Origin: Williopsis jadinii
Lineage: Eukaryota
NCBI GenBank assembly: GCA_024346625.1
Contig: AP024667.1
Location: 434,001 to 498,000 of the forward strand
Reading direction: 5' to 3'
Length of the DNA: 64,000 nucleotides
Under the pieces are notes generated by a model that was given only the letters and a program-made list of their open reading frames with translations, was not told the origin of the DNA and ran no database searches. The position numbers were made by a program, and so were the translations under genes. The stretch's first letter is position 1. Each line of letters begins with the position of its first letter. Positions 22,361 to 32,854 of the stretch are shown here, piece by piece.

Positions 22361-24520
22361 TTAATCGTTTAATGGTATCTGATCACTTGGATTTCTTCTA
22401 TTAGCACTCTCTGGTCTGGGGGTATCAACGCAGTACTGTAGCATTGCCTGGTAACAGAGTACAAATTGATCGACAGTTTGAACCATTGATATCCGTTGCT
22501 TTCTCAATTGCTGCACGCAAAAATTGATGATGTCCTCATCACTGTTCCAAACGTCAAGCCTATGCGGATCATGGCCTTCGTTTGCATACCTCTTGAAGGC
22601 ACTTATGATAAGATCAACCGTGATAAACACACCTGTTCTTCCACACCCTGCAGAACAGTGCACCACGATAGGAGCAGAAGTGTCTTGAACAACTTTATCC
22701 TTTATTTCAGTAAGAGTTAACAAGTCTTTAAAATTGACGGCTCCAAAATCAGGCCAAGCTGTGAAGTGTAGTTGACTAATCATACGCGAATCTCCATGGT
22801 TCGTTAATTTGATCCTTCTTAAGGTCAATGCCTTAAAGCCCATGTAATTATCCTCTTCCGATACCAGTTCAATACGTTTCGAGTTTTGCCAATAGACATC
22901 ACTCTTCTTCATCCCATTTTCAGCCAAGCTCGTCAGAGAAACGATGACTTCAGTTTTGTTATGCCAAACAACTTTCCAAAAATCTTTTATCGTTGAAGGT
23001 AATGGTGCCTGTGTGGCAATGTAGTTCACAGCATCGTTGATCTGTGGTACACTCAAAAAATTGGCATTGAAGTAGTCATCTCCAAACTTTGATGCTGATA
23101 TTGCAGATGTTGGAGATAACGATGAAGTACTTGGAGTACGGAAGAATACCGGTTGATGAAATAAATTGTTTGGGGTAGTTGTGGTACTCAAAGGAGATGG
23201 AACCAGTTTAACTCGTGAATGTTCATAGGGTAAAATATTAGGGTATCTGTTCTTGAACCCATATTCCGAGCCTTGGAGCTGAACGCCTGGCGAGCCACTA
23301 GACGTTGAAGACCGGCGTTGTGCTATGGCACTTATACGGGCATCCTCCAAGGATTCGATATTCATGAAATTCTTGATAATGGCATTTATCCCATCTTTCC
23401 GAATGTAAGGTTGAAGCCATTTCGGGAATTGGTTTATATTCTCAAACTTGGGAATTTCGAGTTTGGTACCGCGTGTATCTGGGAAACAAGTGTTCTTCTT
23501 CAGGGACATCACAAAAGATGACGCGGGATCAGCAGATGGGAGCAAGAATGTTGCAAATGCAGATAGTGATGAGTCCTCATGCGATTCAGGCTTCTTGAAT
23601 TTCGATGTATCCATCAGTTCTTCGTGGCCATCTAGTAAACAGAGTCCTTTATTCAGCATGTACAGCCCTATATTCTTATTGGGGTAATCCTTTCCAATCT
23701 CTTGGAATTTCTTCATGATCTGATACATGTGTGGCATGCAGTGTTTCTTATTGGAAGATGAATCGTAAAAGATGAATTTAATGTTGGTATGCTCATCTTC
23801 CAAGACACGTTCCAGGTACTCCTCTTGCGATTTAACCATCGTTTTGAAGATGTTCGACATATGAAACGAGTTTCTCTTCAGTAGCGTTGTTGGAACGCAT
23901 ATGCTTAAGGCGCCCTTTACCCTTGAAATGTTGTACTGGTTAAACGGCCTGAGGTCAACAACGACAACTTCATACTTCTCGGTTGATTCCTCCACCAGGA
24001 GCTTTTCAAACTCCTCAACTGTTGATATTGCTGTGACGCCGAGGGTCTCGCAGTTCAACATCTGCTTCTGATGGATCAGGTTGAGCTGATGAGGTAGTGT
24101 GTTCATCCTCTTCTGCAACTCTGCGTACGCTATTGGATTCGTCGGAGGCGTCACTGTGATCTTGAACTGAGGTGGTGTGTTGACTGAGGACCCACCGCCA
24201 CGTACTGGCTGTTCTGCTGACAACGTTTGCGACTCTGTAGCGGCAGCCGCCGTGGTTGAACACAACTTTGCCTTGTTGTTTTCCTCACCACGCAGCAGCG
24301 CTGATTCCTTCCTCTTCAGCGAGGCGGCTCGTCTCACCGTCGATGACTGTGACGACGTAGACGACGACGATAGCGACCTCCCTAGTTCTGATACAGCTGG
24401 TCTTACGGGACCAGCGGCTCTGCCGCCATCGCCAAAGATGGGCGACGACGTGCTCATCATGGACGTGGGACTCGGTGATGCGTGGAAGGAGAAACACTCG
24501 GGAATGCAGCTGGAATCCAT
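22361..24520 (-). CDS. PTP2: MAPK tyrosine phosphatase with a rhodanese domain and a PTP domain (Ptp2/Ptp3 family)
   Basis: VVDLRPF...PTTLLKR rhodanese; KNRYPNILPYEHSRVKL, YIATQAP, WPDFG and VHCSAGCGRTG. Convergent with NPT1, as PTP2 is in S. cerevisiae. Confidence 0.85.
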   Translation of the reverse strand: MDSSCIPECFSFHASPSPTSMMSTSSPIFGDGGRAAGPVRPAVSELGRSLSSSSTSSQSSTVRRAASLKRKESALLRGEENNKAKLCSTTAAAATESQTLSAEQPVRGGGSSVNTPPQFKITVTPPTNPIAYAELQKRMNTLPHQLNLIHQKQMLNCETLGVTAISTVEEFEKLLVEESTEKYEVVVVDLRPFNQYNISRVKGALSICVPTTLLKRNSFHMSNIFKTMVKSQEEYLERVLEDEHTNIKFIFYDSSSNKKHCMPHMYQIMKKFQEIGKDYPNKNIGLYMLNKGLCLLDGHEELMDTSKFKKPESHEDSSLSAFATFLLPSADPASSFVMSLKKNTCFPDTRGTKLEIPKFENINQFPKWLQPYIRKDGINAIIKNFMNIESLEDARISAIAQRRSSTSSGSPGVQLQGSEYGFKNRYPNILPYEHSRVKLVPSPLSTTTTPNNLFHQPVFFRTPSTSSLSPTSAISASKFGDDYFNANFLSVPQINDAVNYIATQAPLPSTIKDFWKVVWHNKTEVIVSLTSLAENGMKKSDVYWQNSKRIELVSEEDNYMGFKALTLRRIKLTNHGDSRMISQLHFTAWPDFGAVNFKDLLTLTEIKDKVVQDTSAPIVVHCSAGCGRTGVFITVDLIISAFKRYANEGHDPHRLDVWNSDEDIINFCVQQLRKQRISMVQTVDQFVLCYQAMLQYCVDTPRPESANRRNPSDQIPLND

Positions 24521-25303
24521 GCTATTGTTATATCGATATTCTGTGGTGCTTATCTATTAGACGTGTTGCTTGCGACGGTGACAACAAGGGGAACAAAGAC
24601 TGCTGCAACAACAGAATGAAAACATCAACACGACCCAAGAAAAGGAAAACAGCACAGCTGGAGAAAATGTTCTAGAGGCCGATGATGCAAAGAAGATTAA
24701 AAATAATCCGCCAATGCCAGTGCATTGGGGTGATGTACGCTGTTTTTCTTTTTTTGGCGGTGTGTGACAGGGCCTGCGCGTGTGGTGCGCCAATTTTGGC
24801 AATGACGTTGTTAATCTAGAACGGGCCGCGGGACGAAATTGGCGTGGAGACGGTGGTGGAAGAACAAGACGGGTTTCTTTTTTTGGCGGAGGGGGCGTTA
24901 GGGGGATGTACTGCCATGTTTTGGCCTTTGAAAGGACAGAATGTTGTTTTTTTCGGTTTTGTGTCATTGTTTAAAACTGTTCAATGGGGCTGGGGGAGGA
25001 AAGTCGTGAAATTTATACCGATGTATATACAACAGTTGCACGCAGTGGTTTGAATGGGAGCTCGGCACAGGGAACACGATATGATTATTAGTTTGCATTG
25101 GATTCCGACAGCGGGTTACGGTTGTGTGATGTTGTATGGTAGTATTAAGCTCTCGTAAGTTAGTGTGGATAACGCTTGGGTTACAGAGGGTGGCTTGCCA
25201 AGGAAGCCGAACGGAAGTATGTGGTGGCGGACTCGATATTGAGTGGATTGGTGTTGGTGTGAGGAGGCTGCACCGGTTGTGTATGTGTTTCGCTCAGGTG
25301 GCA

Positions 25304-25410
25304 TCCAGATGGTGCTATGTCCAGATGTAAGTTACGTCCAGATGTATCACACATCCAGATAGATGCCGCTAGAAGCATATACCTCTAGAAGTATATACCT
25401 CCAGAAGTAG
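25304..25410. repeat. Degenerate ~16-17-bp minisatellite, 7 units, core YCYAGAWG
   Basis: AGA cores at 25307, 25323, 25340, 25357, 25371, 25387 and 25403. Confidence 0.6.
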
Positions 25411-26030
25411 CCAGCTAAGATGCCTCTATGTGATTCAAATGACATAGGCCTCAAGTCAATGCGCACCTACCGTCTTAACAAAGAGTCTCATATGAATTCT
25501 TACACTACAACACAGACGAAACACCCCTACTCGACTCATGTGTGCCTGTAGAAAAACTTTGGAAGTCCTCCCCATATGACGCTATAACTTCCTAGGACGT
25601 CCTCTATCTAATCTTTGGTCTTTCAAAGTTGGGGCATGACAACAACGTTCACTAAATGGGGAGGGGCAGCCTTACGGTGGAAAGGATCCCACGAGGAAAT
25701 GTATTGGAACAAGATACCAACACATTTGGTTAGGCCTCTGAATTGGAGACAAAACCAAGGATCAAATACGAGGACTGGCCTTCAACGTACTTTATCATGG
25801 TGGAAAACCGCATTTGACGTTTCGACGCTCTTGAATGCTGTCTCTACCGAGAGGTGACTGGTTACTCTGGAGACGACATGGCGTGCGTGTACCGTAAGAA
25901 ACACAAACAATGTGCGCGAACGGATTTCTTTTTTTTTTTGTTTATGTCCCATAAACACAAACAGAAATGTAAACATTGGGTTCCACCTTACCAAACCACA
26001 ACCCAAATAGTTGATTATAGCTTGTCAACA

Positions 26031-27098
26031 ATGGAAGAGTTTGACCCTGATTTGTCTACACTTACCAATATAAGGCTTCAGAACCGGAAGTCGAGGCAAC
26101 GACTCGCTTCTGCGTTGGCTGAAGATGATACCACTTCCCCAATGAAGCCCAATGACAACAAGGTGAATCGATTCACGTTTCTAGATCAGAGTACTCATTC
26201 TCCCTTAAAGAATCCTTCTCCCTTGAGATATGGCTATTCAAGAAGAGATGTTTCCGCTACAGGTGAGCCAAAGGACCGAGAATTTGACATAGATACGGGC
26301 ATCCTGAACCGTGCCAATCTCAGTTATCTTGACAAGTCTAAGTACGATCGTGATTTAGAGGCCAATGCACTGAAAAGGGAAAGGATATTAAACTTGTTAA
26401 GCCCAGATATCTCTACTTCAAGAGGAGTATCTAGCTCCCCTGTGAATTTAGGAACTGGTAGGAGTTCCAGGAGGGAATCTGCCAGGGACAGATTAAGACC
26501 ACATAGTATTCCAGGATTGGAGTCGGAGTCTTCGCCTTTATTGTCGAGCCGGAAAAGATCAAACTTCCACAGGAACAACACTGTTGATGGGGATCTGGAG
26601 ATGAAGGATGCATTCAACGATCAGTTTGCAAAACTGGTGGATAAATACAACTTGAGCAGCTCAAATGACGATAAGTTCCAAGAGTATTCATCCCAAGTGA
26701 AGAGTTTGAAAGATAAGATTAAACAGTTGGAATTGGAAAACTCAGATTATAAAGCACAAATCGCAAAAGTCTCCAACCAAGATGAGAATCTTTTAAAGAG
26801 AAATATGGAACTTACCAAGGAGATCAACAAGTTGAACGAATACATCAAGTTTTTGGATTCAAATTTCCAAGAGATGTATGATACATGGCTTGAAGATCAG
26901 CATCAAAGACAGAAATTGATACAGAGAATACAAGATATGAAATTGGAGACTGTCAAGTCTTCCAGAAGAAAGCCACCCACGAGATCAACAAGTCCTCAAA
27001 AGGTCCAATTAAGCCCCTACAAACTATCTCCACCAAGGACTTCACCTCTCAAATCCATAATCAACGAAGACACTACAGAGTTACTCAGATTTAGTTAA
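26031..27098 (+). CDS. 355-aa coiled-coil protein rich in S/T-P sites; candidate divergent spindle pole body protein Spc29
   Basis: ATG in ACAATGG context, a long ORF and a C-terminal coiled coil. Both termini resemble Spc29 (see findings). The gene is well supported but its identity is tentative. Confidence 0.7.
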   Translation: MEEFDPDLSTLTNIRLQNRKSRQRLASALAEDDTTSPMKPNDNKVNRFTFLDQSTHSPLKNPSPLRYGYSRRDVSATGEPKDREFDIDTGILNRANLSYLDKSKYDRDLEANALKRERILNLLSPDISTSRGVSSSPVNLGTGRSSRRESARDRLRPHSIPGLESESSPLLSSRKRSNFHRNNTVDGDLEMKDAFNDQFAKLVDKYNLSSSNDDKFQEYSSQVKSLKDKIKQLELENSDYKAQIAKVSNQDENLLKRNMELTKEINKLNEYIKFLDSNFQEMYDTWLEDQHQRQKLIQRIQDMKLETVKSSRRKPPTRSTSPQKVQLSPYKLSPPRTSPLKSIINEDTTELLRFS

Positions 27099-27178
27099 TA
27101 ATTTTAATGTACACACTTTTACACCATCATCTGATCTATCCGGCAGTGTTGGAAAAGTGGCTGTAGATTAGACATGAT

Positions 27179-29290
27179 TCACTCCTCATCATCCTCAAAG
27201 ACATCACTTCCGTAGTCCTTTTCATCATCGTCTCCATCTTCCATGACAAGGTCCTCATCATCAAGAGACTCCACCTCCTTTGATTTGTTCTTCTTTCTCT
27301 CCTCTTCCTCCTCTGCTAACGATTCTCTCAAGATTCTAACCTTCTCCTCTTTAACTTCTCTCTGTACTTTAACATACACACCCAGTGGTGTCTTCTCCCA
27401 TGAAAGGTCCTTCAAGAAGTTGTTAACTTCAACCCTGTTCTTTGGACCAAACTCGACTGTCGATCTCTTTTGTTGGATGAACTCGGAGTTCTGGTTCAAC
27501 TTGTCAACGAGTTGGGAGAGTTGTTTGTTGAATTTGACATTGCTGCTGGTCTTGATGTATCTTCTCAAAGAGATGATAACTGGAGTTGCAAGTTCGGGGA
27601 AGGAAATCGATTTTGAATACAGAACAAGGTATTCACTGGCTAAGTCAATAATCTGCTCACACACACCTTGCTGATATACCCTTGTGCCCAAGTAAGCAGT
27701 GTTTGCTTTGATGTTATGGTCAAAATCAAAAGCTTGCAAGTTTGCATTCTTTGGGTTCTTGGTCAAAGTGGTGGAGTTCAAGATCTCTTGTAACAGTGGG
27801 AACAATGGGATGAAAACACCTGTATTTTGAGATAAACGGATCAAAGAGCGCATCAAGTAAAATCTCAACGGAAAGAATTGGGCAGTTGGTATCAATCTTG
27901 CTGCACCCAGTGTGACCTGGACTAGTGGGTAGATGAGTTGTCTCAATGGTGATTCCTTCTTCATTTCGACGTCAGGGTTACAGTGGAGGGATAAGACACG
28001 AGACCAGAAGTCAAGAGAATGCGTATACTGCCAGTTGTAGATGGTCTTGTAACCATCCTTTGTGTTGTTGATGCTGTTTCTCAAGTGAATAGCCAATTGA
28101 CGGATATAATCGAAACCAATTTGATATGATACACTTTGATCAATCCCGAAAAGCTCAGCAGCAGAGTTCTTTTGGAAGTTAATCATTGGCATTGTATGGA
28201 CGTTGGTTTGACGACATTGTTTAATGAATGAGGAGTAAGTTAATTTCAAAATCGTTTCCAATGATGACTTGCTGAATTCACGGGAAGCGTTGTTCAAGAA
28301 GGCAAATGACGCAATCTGTGTTTCCACATCCTGTGTACTTGACCAAACAGAGACAACAGCATTGAGAATATCCTTCAAGAGTCTTCTGAAGGAAATGAAG
28401 TATGGTAAAAGCTCTTGAACTGAGGACAACACCAAAGCAGCTGTCTCTGTGTTGTTGATATCGTTGAGCAATGTGATCAGAGATCCAGCGTGCGACTTCA
28501 AGATTGAGTTGAGCTGCTTCACCTTTGTGCTCACAGGCACGGTTCTGGTTCCCTTGATCACCTTGTATGGAACAAGACGTTGAATAGCAACTGGCACTTT
28601 CTTCAATCCGAGGAGTAAAAGCTCTTGGAATGCCTTAGGCTCAGTAACAGTGTACTTGTACTCTTCTTTATCATTGTTGGCATTGACAGCAGCCTTAAAC
28701 GCAGTTAAAACGTTCTTGATCAGTTTCAAAGATGGCTCGTTAAGCTTCTTCGACCAGTCCTTGACCATTTTCAAAGTAACCTCAATCTTTTCACTGGAAT
28801 CTACCTTCTTTCCATCAGCGTGTTCTTCACCATCATCGCCCTCATCAGCGCTGATGGCATCCAATGGGTTTGTAGGGTTGAAATCCAAGAGGTCCTTATC
28901 GTTCTCCTTCAAGTAGTTGTAGAATTCCGGGTCCTTCTCAGCAAGCTTGGACAGATCTTCCTTGTGCTCTTCAATCTCCTCATCGGATGAGCTCTCATCG
29001 TCCTCTTCCTCCTGCTCCTTGGTCTTCTTCACTTTCGACCCTTTCCCCTTAGGAACTTCAAACCCTCCTTCGAAGAACTGCTCAACGTCCATATCATCAA
29101 AGATCTCATCTTTCTTCTTGGAAGCACCCGAAGCCTCGGCATCACCACCAGCACCAGCACCAGCCTTGTTCCGGTTACCTCTGTGCTTAGCAAGCAGCTG
29201 TCTGTGCTTCTTGACCTCCTTTCTCTGATCGAGCGTACGCTTCAAGTGCTTCGACTGAAACTTCTTCGTGGACTTGCCAACCTTTCCCAT
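27179..29290 (-). CDS. NOC2: Nucleolar complex protein Noc2
   Basis: [59 protein letters not shown] and QFFPLRF. Confidence 0.97.
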   Translation of the reverse strand: MGKVGKSTKKFQSKHLKRTLDQRKEVKKHRQLLAKHRGNRNKAGAGAGGDAEASGASKKKDEIFDDMDVEQFFEGGFEVPKGKGSKVKKTKEQEEEDDESSSDEEIEEHKEDLSKLAEKDPEFYNYLKENDKDLLDFNPTNPLDAISADEGDDGEEHADGKKVDSSEKIEVTLKMVKDWSKKLNEPSLKLIKNVLTAFKAAVNANNDKEEYKYTVTEPKAFQELLLLGLKKVPVAIQRLVPYKVIKGTRTVPVSTKVKQLNSILKSHAGSLITLLNDINNTETAALVLSSVQELLPYFISFRRLLKDILNAVVSVWSSTQDVETQIASFAFLNNASREFSKSSLETILKLTYSSFIKQCRQTNVHTMPMINFQKNSAAELFGIDQSVSYQIGFDYIRQLAIHLRNSINNTKDGYKTIYNWQYTHSLDFWSRVLSLHCNPDVEMKKESPLRQLIYPLVQVTLGAARLIPTAQFFPLRFYLMRSLIRLSQNTGVFIPLFPLLQEILNSTTLTKNPKNANLQAFDFDHNIKANTAYLGTRVYQQGVCEQIIDLASEYLVLYSKSISFPELATPVIISLRRYIKTSSNVKFNKQLSQLVDKLNQNSEFIQQKRSTVEFGPKNRVEVNNFLKDLSWEKTPLGVYVKVQREVKEEKVRILRESLAEEEEERKKNKSKEVESLDDEDLVMEDGDDDEKDYGSDVFEDDEE

Positions 29291-29360
29291 TGTACGCTGA
29301 TTCACTTCCCGTTTCCCAGTGTATACCAAACTACGAGAACGTGAAGAATTCACTGCTATT

Positions 29361-29425
29361 AAAAATTTTCTTTTTGGTGGCCGGGGCTCGAAAATTTTAC
29401 CTGCTGAAAAATTTCATGCGATGAC
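29361..29425. promoter_or_regulatory. RRPE elements (AAAAATTTTC, TGAAAAATTT) and a PAC-like GCGATGAC upstream of NOC2
   Basis: Motifs read directly in the NOC2/GEP3 divergent promoter. Confidence 0.7.
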
Positions 29426-29540
29426 CTGTTACGGGACACACAGCTTCACGAGACATAATTGAAGTTCATTTTATGGGTTGTGGAAGGCTCTTCATTGCAA
29501 TCACAGCTGAGGTTTCAGGTACTGTGTGGTGCGAGATATC

Positions 29541-31244
29541 ATGATCAGAAGGTGTATTTGTGCTGGAAGAGCGAGGTTGGTCTTTGGAGCCTCACGTGGT
29601 GTGTTTTCTAGACAGCTGTGCACTGGAAAGGACGACATTAGGGTGCTTGCTGAGAGGACATCCACCACGGTTGACCTGGATAACACCAATGTCGACTCTA
29701 TAACGCACGATTTGGTGCCACAGTGCGCATCGTGTGGTATACAGCTGCAGTCCAGTGACGCGGACGAGATTGGGTACTATAAGGAGCCTGCGAATAAGGC
29801 GAAGGCCTACAACTCCAAGAGGCTACAGTTCTTGAGTGCGTACGCTCAGCTCGATCAAGAAGGTCGGAAGCTACTGGCTGGCGAAGATGGGGACGCCAGG
29901 GCCGAGCAGGAACCGGTTCAGGAGCCAGTTCAGGAGAAGGTTGAGGAGCTGGTCTGCCTGAGGTGCCACAACGCACTCCATCACAATGTATACAAGGTGA
30001 ACGAGCACCAGCCGATGAACATGCACGAAGTTCTCTCTCCAATCCCATTGAACCACCAAATCATCAACGTCTTCTCAGCCTATGACTTCCCACTGTCATT
30101 GGTGCCACTGAGCTCAAGGAAGAACGTAACATATGCCATGAACAAGGTGGATCTGCTGGCTGGACACAAGTCATTTGTCAATAAGTACTCCTCCTTCTTT
30201 GCTGAGATGCTGAAACGGTTTACAGGCTCAAAGAACCTCGTTGTTGTCAGTGGTCACACCTCTTGGGGTGTATTAGAGCTGCTGAAGAAGCTAGGCAATG
30301 TCAACTACCTCGTTGGATATGTAAACACGGGCAAAACCAGGTTGGCAAACCGGCTTTGGAACTCTTCCGTGCAGCTCAGTTCTCCCGGTGCAAAGAACGT
30401 TGATGCCCTAGGCTCATCACACTTACCATCATTAACAAGAGATAACATTGTTCATAAGTGCAACCAGAAGAAGGTCATTGATACCCCGGGGTTCCTCAAT
30501 CACGACAACGTGTACTCCTTGATTCAGGAGCAATCTTTGAAGCACACTTTGAAAGGCCAGAAGATACTGGTGAATGACTTGAAAACAGCTACCTACATAA
30601 CGGTGAGAGGGGGCCAATGTTTCACATCTGGTGGGCTATTCTTCCTGGTACCACCAAAGAACTCCATGGTGCAAGTGATTCCCGTGTGTCAAGGAGTGCC
30701 TAAGGTGTTCAGCAGCGTGGAGAAGGCCATTTCAGTGGTAAGAGCACCACCTGAAGCCTTGAAAGATGCCTTTGTCGTCAAGCAAGATGCCATGGACGAT
30801 CTTGTCCGGTATGTGATTCCACCATTCTACGGATCAGTGGACTTGCTGGTAAAAGACATAGGGTATGTTCAGATCACACCAACAGGAAGAAAGCAGAATG
30901 ACGATCTCTTCGAAGTGTGGGCTCCTAGAGGTGTGGTGCTTGGTGTAAGGGAAACCATTGAGCACTTCATGACACGGTATCTGAAGAAGATCAAGACTAA
31001 AACCATCAAGAAGCCAGGAACCACGGAGCAAAAGCACAGCTTGAAGATGAAGGCCAAGCCAATTCCAGACTACAAGGTCTTCAGCCGGTTATATGAAGTC
31101 CCTCGCAACTGCCTGGACACCATGGAAGAGGTCAAGGCTCAGTATGAAACACATATCGCCGAGTATGGCTCTTCCTACAACAAATGGAGCAAGAACGACC
31201 GTAGAGATGAAACACGAAACAAGTACTGGATCGAAAAGGTGTAA
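29541..31244 (+). CDS. GEP3: Mitochondrial circularly permuted GTPase Gep3/Mtg3
   Basis: Presequence, split zinc finger CASCG..LQ/CLRC...LH, G4 NKVD before G1 VGYVNTGKT and G3 DTPG. Divergent from NOC2, as in S. cerevisiae. Confidence 0.9.
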   Translation: MIRRCICAGRARLVFGASRGVFSRQLCTGKDDIRVLAERTSTTVDLDNTNVDSITHDLVPQCASCGIQLQSSDADEIGYYKEPANKAKAYNSKRLQFLSAYAQLDQEGRKLLAGEDGDARAEQEPVQEPVQEKVEELVCLRCHNALHHNVYKVNEHQPMNMHEVLSPIPLNHQIINVFSAYDFPLSLVPLSSRKNVTYAMNKVDLLAGHKSFVNKYSSFFAEMLKRFTGSKNLVVVSGHTSWGVLELLKKLGNVNYLVGYVNTGKTRLANRLWNSSVQLSSPGAKNVDALGSSHLPSLTRDNIVHKCNQKKVIDTPGFLNHDNVYSLIQEQSLKHTLKGQKILVNDLKTATYITVRGGQCFTSGGLFFLVPPKNSMVQVIPVCQGVPKVFSSVEKAISVVRAPPEALKDAFVVKQDAMDDLVRYVIPPFYGSVDLLVKDIGYVQITPTGRKQNDDLFEVWAPRGVVLGVRETIEHFMTRYLKKIKTKTIKKPGTTEQKHSLKMKAKPIPDYKVFSRLYEVPRNCLDTMEEVKAQYETHIAEYGSSYNKWSKNDRRDETRNKYWIEKV

Positions 31245-31452
31245 GAGCCACTGTATATATTCCAACTTATTCAGTACTTTTCTATTTGGTTTCTCATGTT
31301 GAGCCAGTGTAGTGGTGTACAGGCTGAGGTGCCTACAGTATAAAACCCGGACTTACGCACTCCTTCCATCATCACCAACAGCCACTATCACTTCGATACG
31401 CAGTTAGCTCCAAACATCAGCGAGACAGCCGGAGAATCAGAGAATCAGTGCT

Positions 31453-32817
31453 ATGTCAGCCCAGTACAACTGCCAACGGTGCCATCTGCCACTTGTGATT
31501 GACTCATCGTTAACCAATTTGACCAAGGCTCAGGGTCATCTCCTCACATCAGGACGATTAGGGTATGGACGTGATAGGGACGACAACAGTGAGAAGCTAC
31601 TGGGAAATCCACCGTTTATCCCTGCTGAGAGGCAACGAAGACTCGACAGATCGACGAGCAACCTGAGAGAGCCGGCTCTCGTTGATTGGAGAAGTGATGG
31701 CGACTCCTTCGTGATACTGCCTCAGTTTGAGGGCCAGGATGAGGAGAGGGAAGACGACGACGATGTTGAAGACAAGATTGTCTCAACAAGGGTGAAGATG
31801 CTGTCGTCGATATTCAACTTGCTATCTTCCAAGGGTGACTTGGACTACCCGGTGTGCGGCGAGTGTGCAAAGCTGTTGATTGAGAGTATGAAATTGCAGT
31901 ATGACCAAGTCATCAAGGAGAGGGACGCCTACGTCCAGTTCTTACAAAAGTTGGAAAACAGGCCAGGACAGGATACAGGGAAGTTACAAGACACCATGGA
32001 CCACATTAACGACCTGAAGGGTAAGGAGGGTGACCTCTTGAAAGAGCTCCAGGGCCTTGAAACTGAGAATGATCAACTCGATGATGAAATTGTCTCCTTG
32101 GAGAAAGAGCTGGAAACAATCGATAAAGAGGAACAGCAGTTTCAGATGGAGCTGAACAGACAGGCCATAGAAGTAGACGAGCTCATCAAAGAGCGTGACA
32201 CTGTTACAGCGGAGTATAAGTTCAACCTTCTACAATTGGAGAAGCTTCGGAAGACAAACGTCTATAGCGACACCTTCAACATATCCCACGATGGTCCATT
32301 TGCAACAATAAACGGACTACGGCTAGGTAGTTTAGACGGCATACGTGTTCCCTGGAGAGAAATAAATTCTGCTCTAGGCCAAGTGATACTCCTGCTGGCT
32401 ACAATCACCACTAGGCTGAATTTCAAGCTGGTGGGCTACAAACTGAAGCCAATGGGCTCAACATCGAAGATTGAAAAGTACGAGCCTGACCCTTCCAACC
32501 CTTCCAAGCCAAAGGTCACGATCTTGGAGGCGTACTCCTCTGGTGATTATCAAATTGAACGGTTGTTTAACCATTCTAATCTTGATAATAGTCTTGTTGC
32601 CATTCTTGACATTCTATCGCAGATCTCAAACCATCTGCAAAAGTATGATACCAACATTGAATTACCATATAAAATGGTTAACCACAAGATTGGTGAGGCA
32701 AGTATAAGGCTTGGTTCCAAAGTTGCTGATGATGAATGGACCAGCGCATGCAAATTCCTTTTGACGAACACCAAGTGGATATTGGCATACTCCAGTGCAC
32801 ATATACCATTACGATAG
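31453..32817 (+). CDS. VPS30: Beclin homologue Vps30/Atg6
   Basis: CQRCHLPL..D.SL, DYPVCGEC, a coiled coil, FNISHDGPFATINGLRLG, W.EINSALGQ and WTSACKFLLTNTKW. Confidence 0.96.
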   Translation: MSAQYNCQRCHLPLVIDSSLTNLTKAQGHLLTSGRLGYGRDRDDNSEKLLGNPPFIPAERQRRLDRSTSNLREPALVDWRSDGDSFVILPQFEGQDEEREDDDDVEDKIVSTRVKMLSSIFNLLSSKGDLDYPVCGECAKLLIESMKLQYDQVIKERDAYVQFLQKLENRPGQDTGKLQDTMDHINDLKGKEGDLLKELQGLETENDQLDDEIVSLEKELETIDKEEQQFQMELNRQAIEVDELIKERDTVTAEYKFNLLQLEKLRKTNVYSDTFNISHDGPFATINGLRLGSLDGIRVPWREINSALGQVILLLATITTRLNFKLVGYKLKPMGSTSKIEKYEPDPSNPSKPKVTILEAYSSGDYQIERLFNHSNLDNSLVAILDILSQISNHLQKYDTNIELPYKMVNHKIGEASIRLGSKVADDEWTSACKFLLTNTKWILAYSSAHIPLR

Positions 32818-32854
32818 TTTGATTTTGGATGGAACATATATATGCAATATACAG

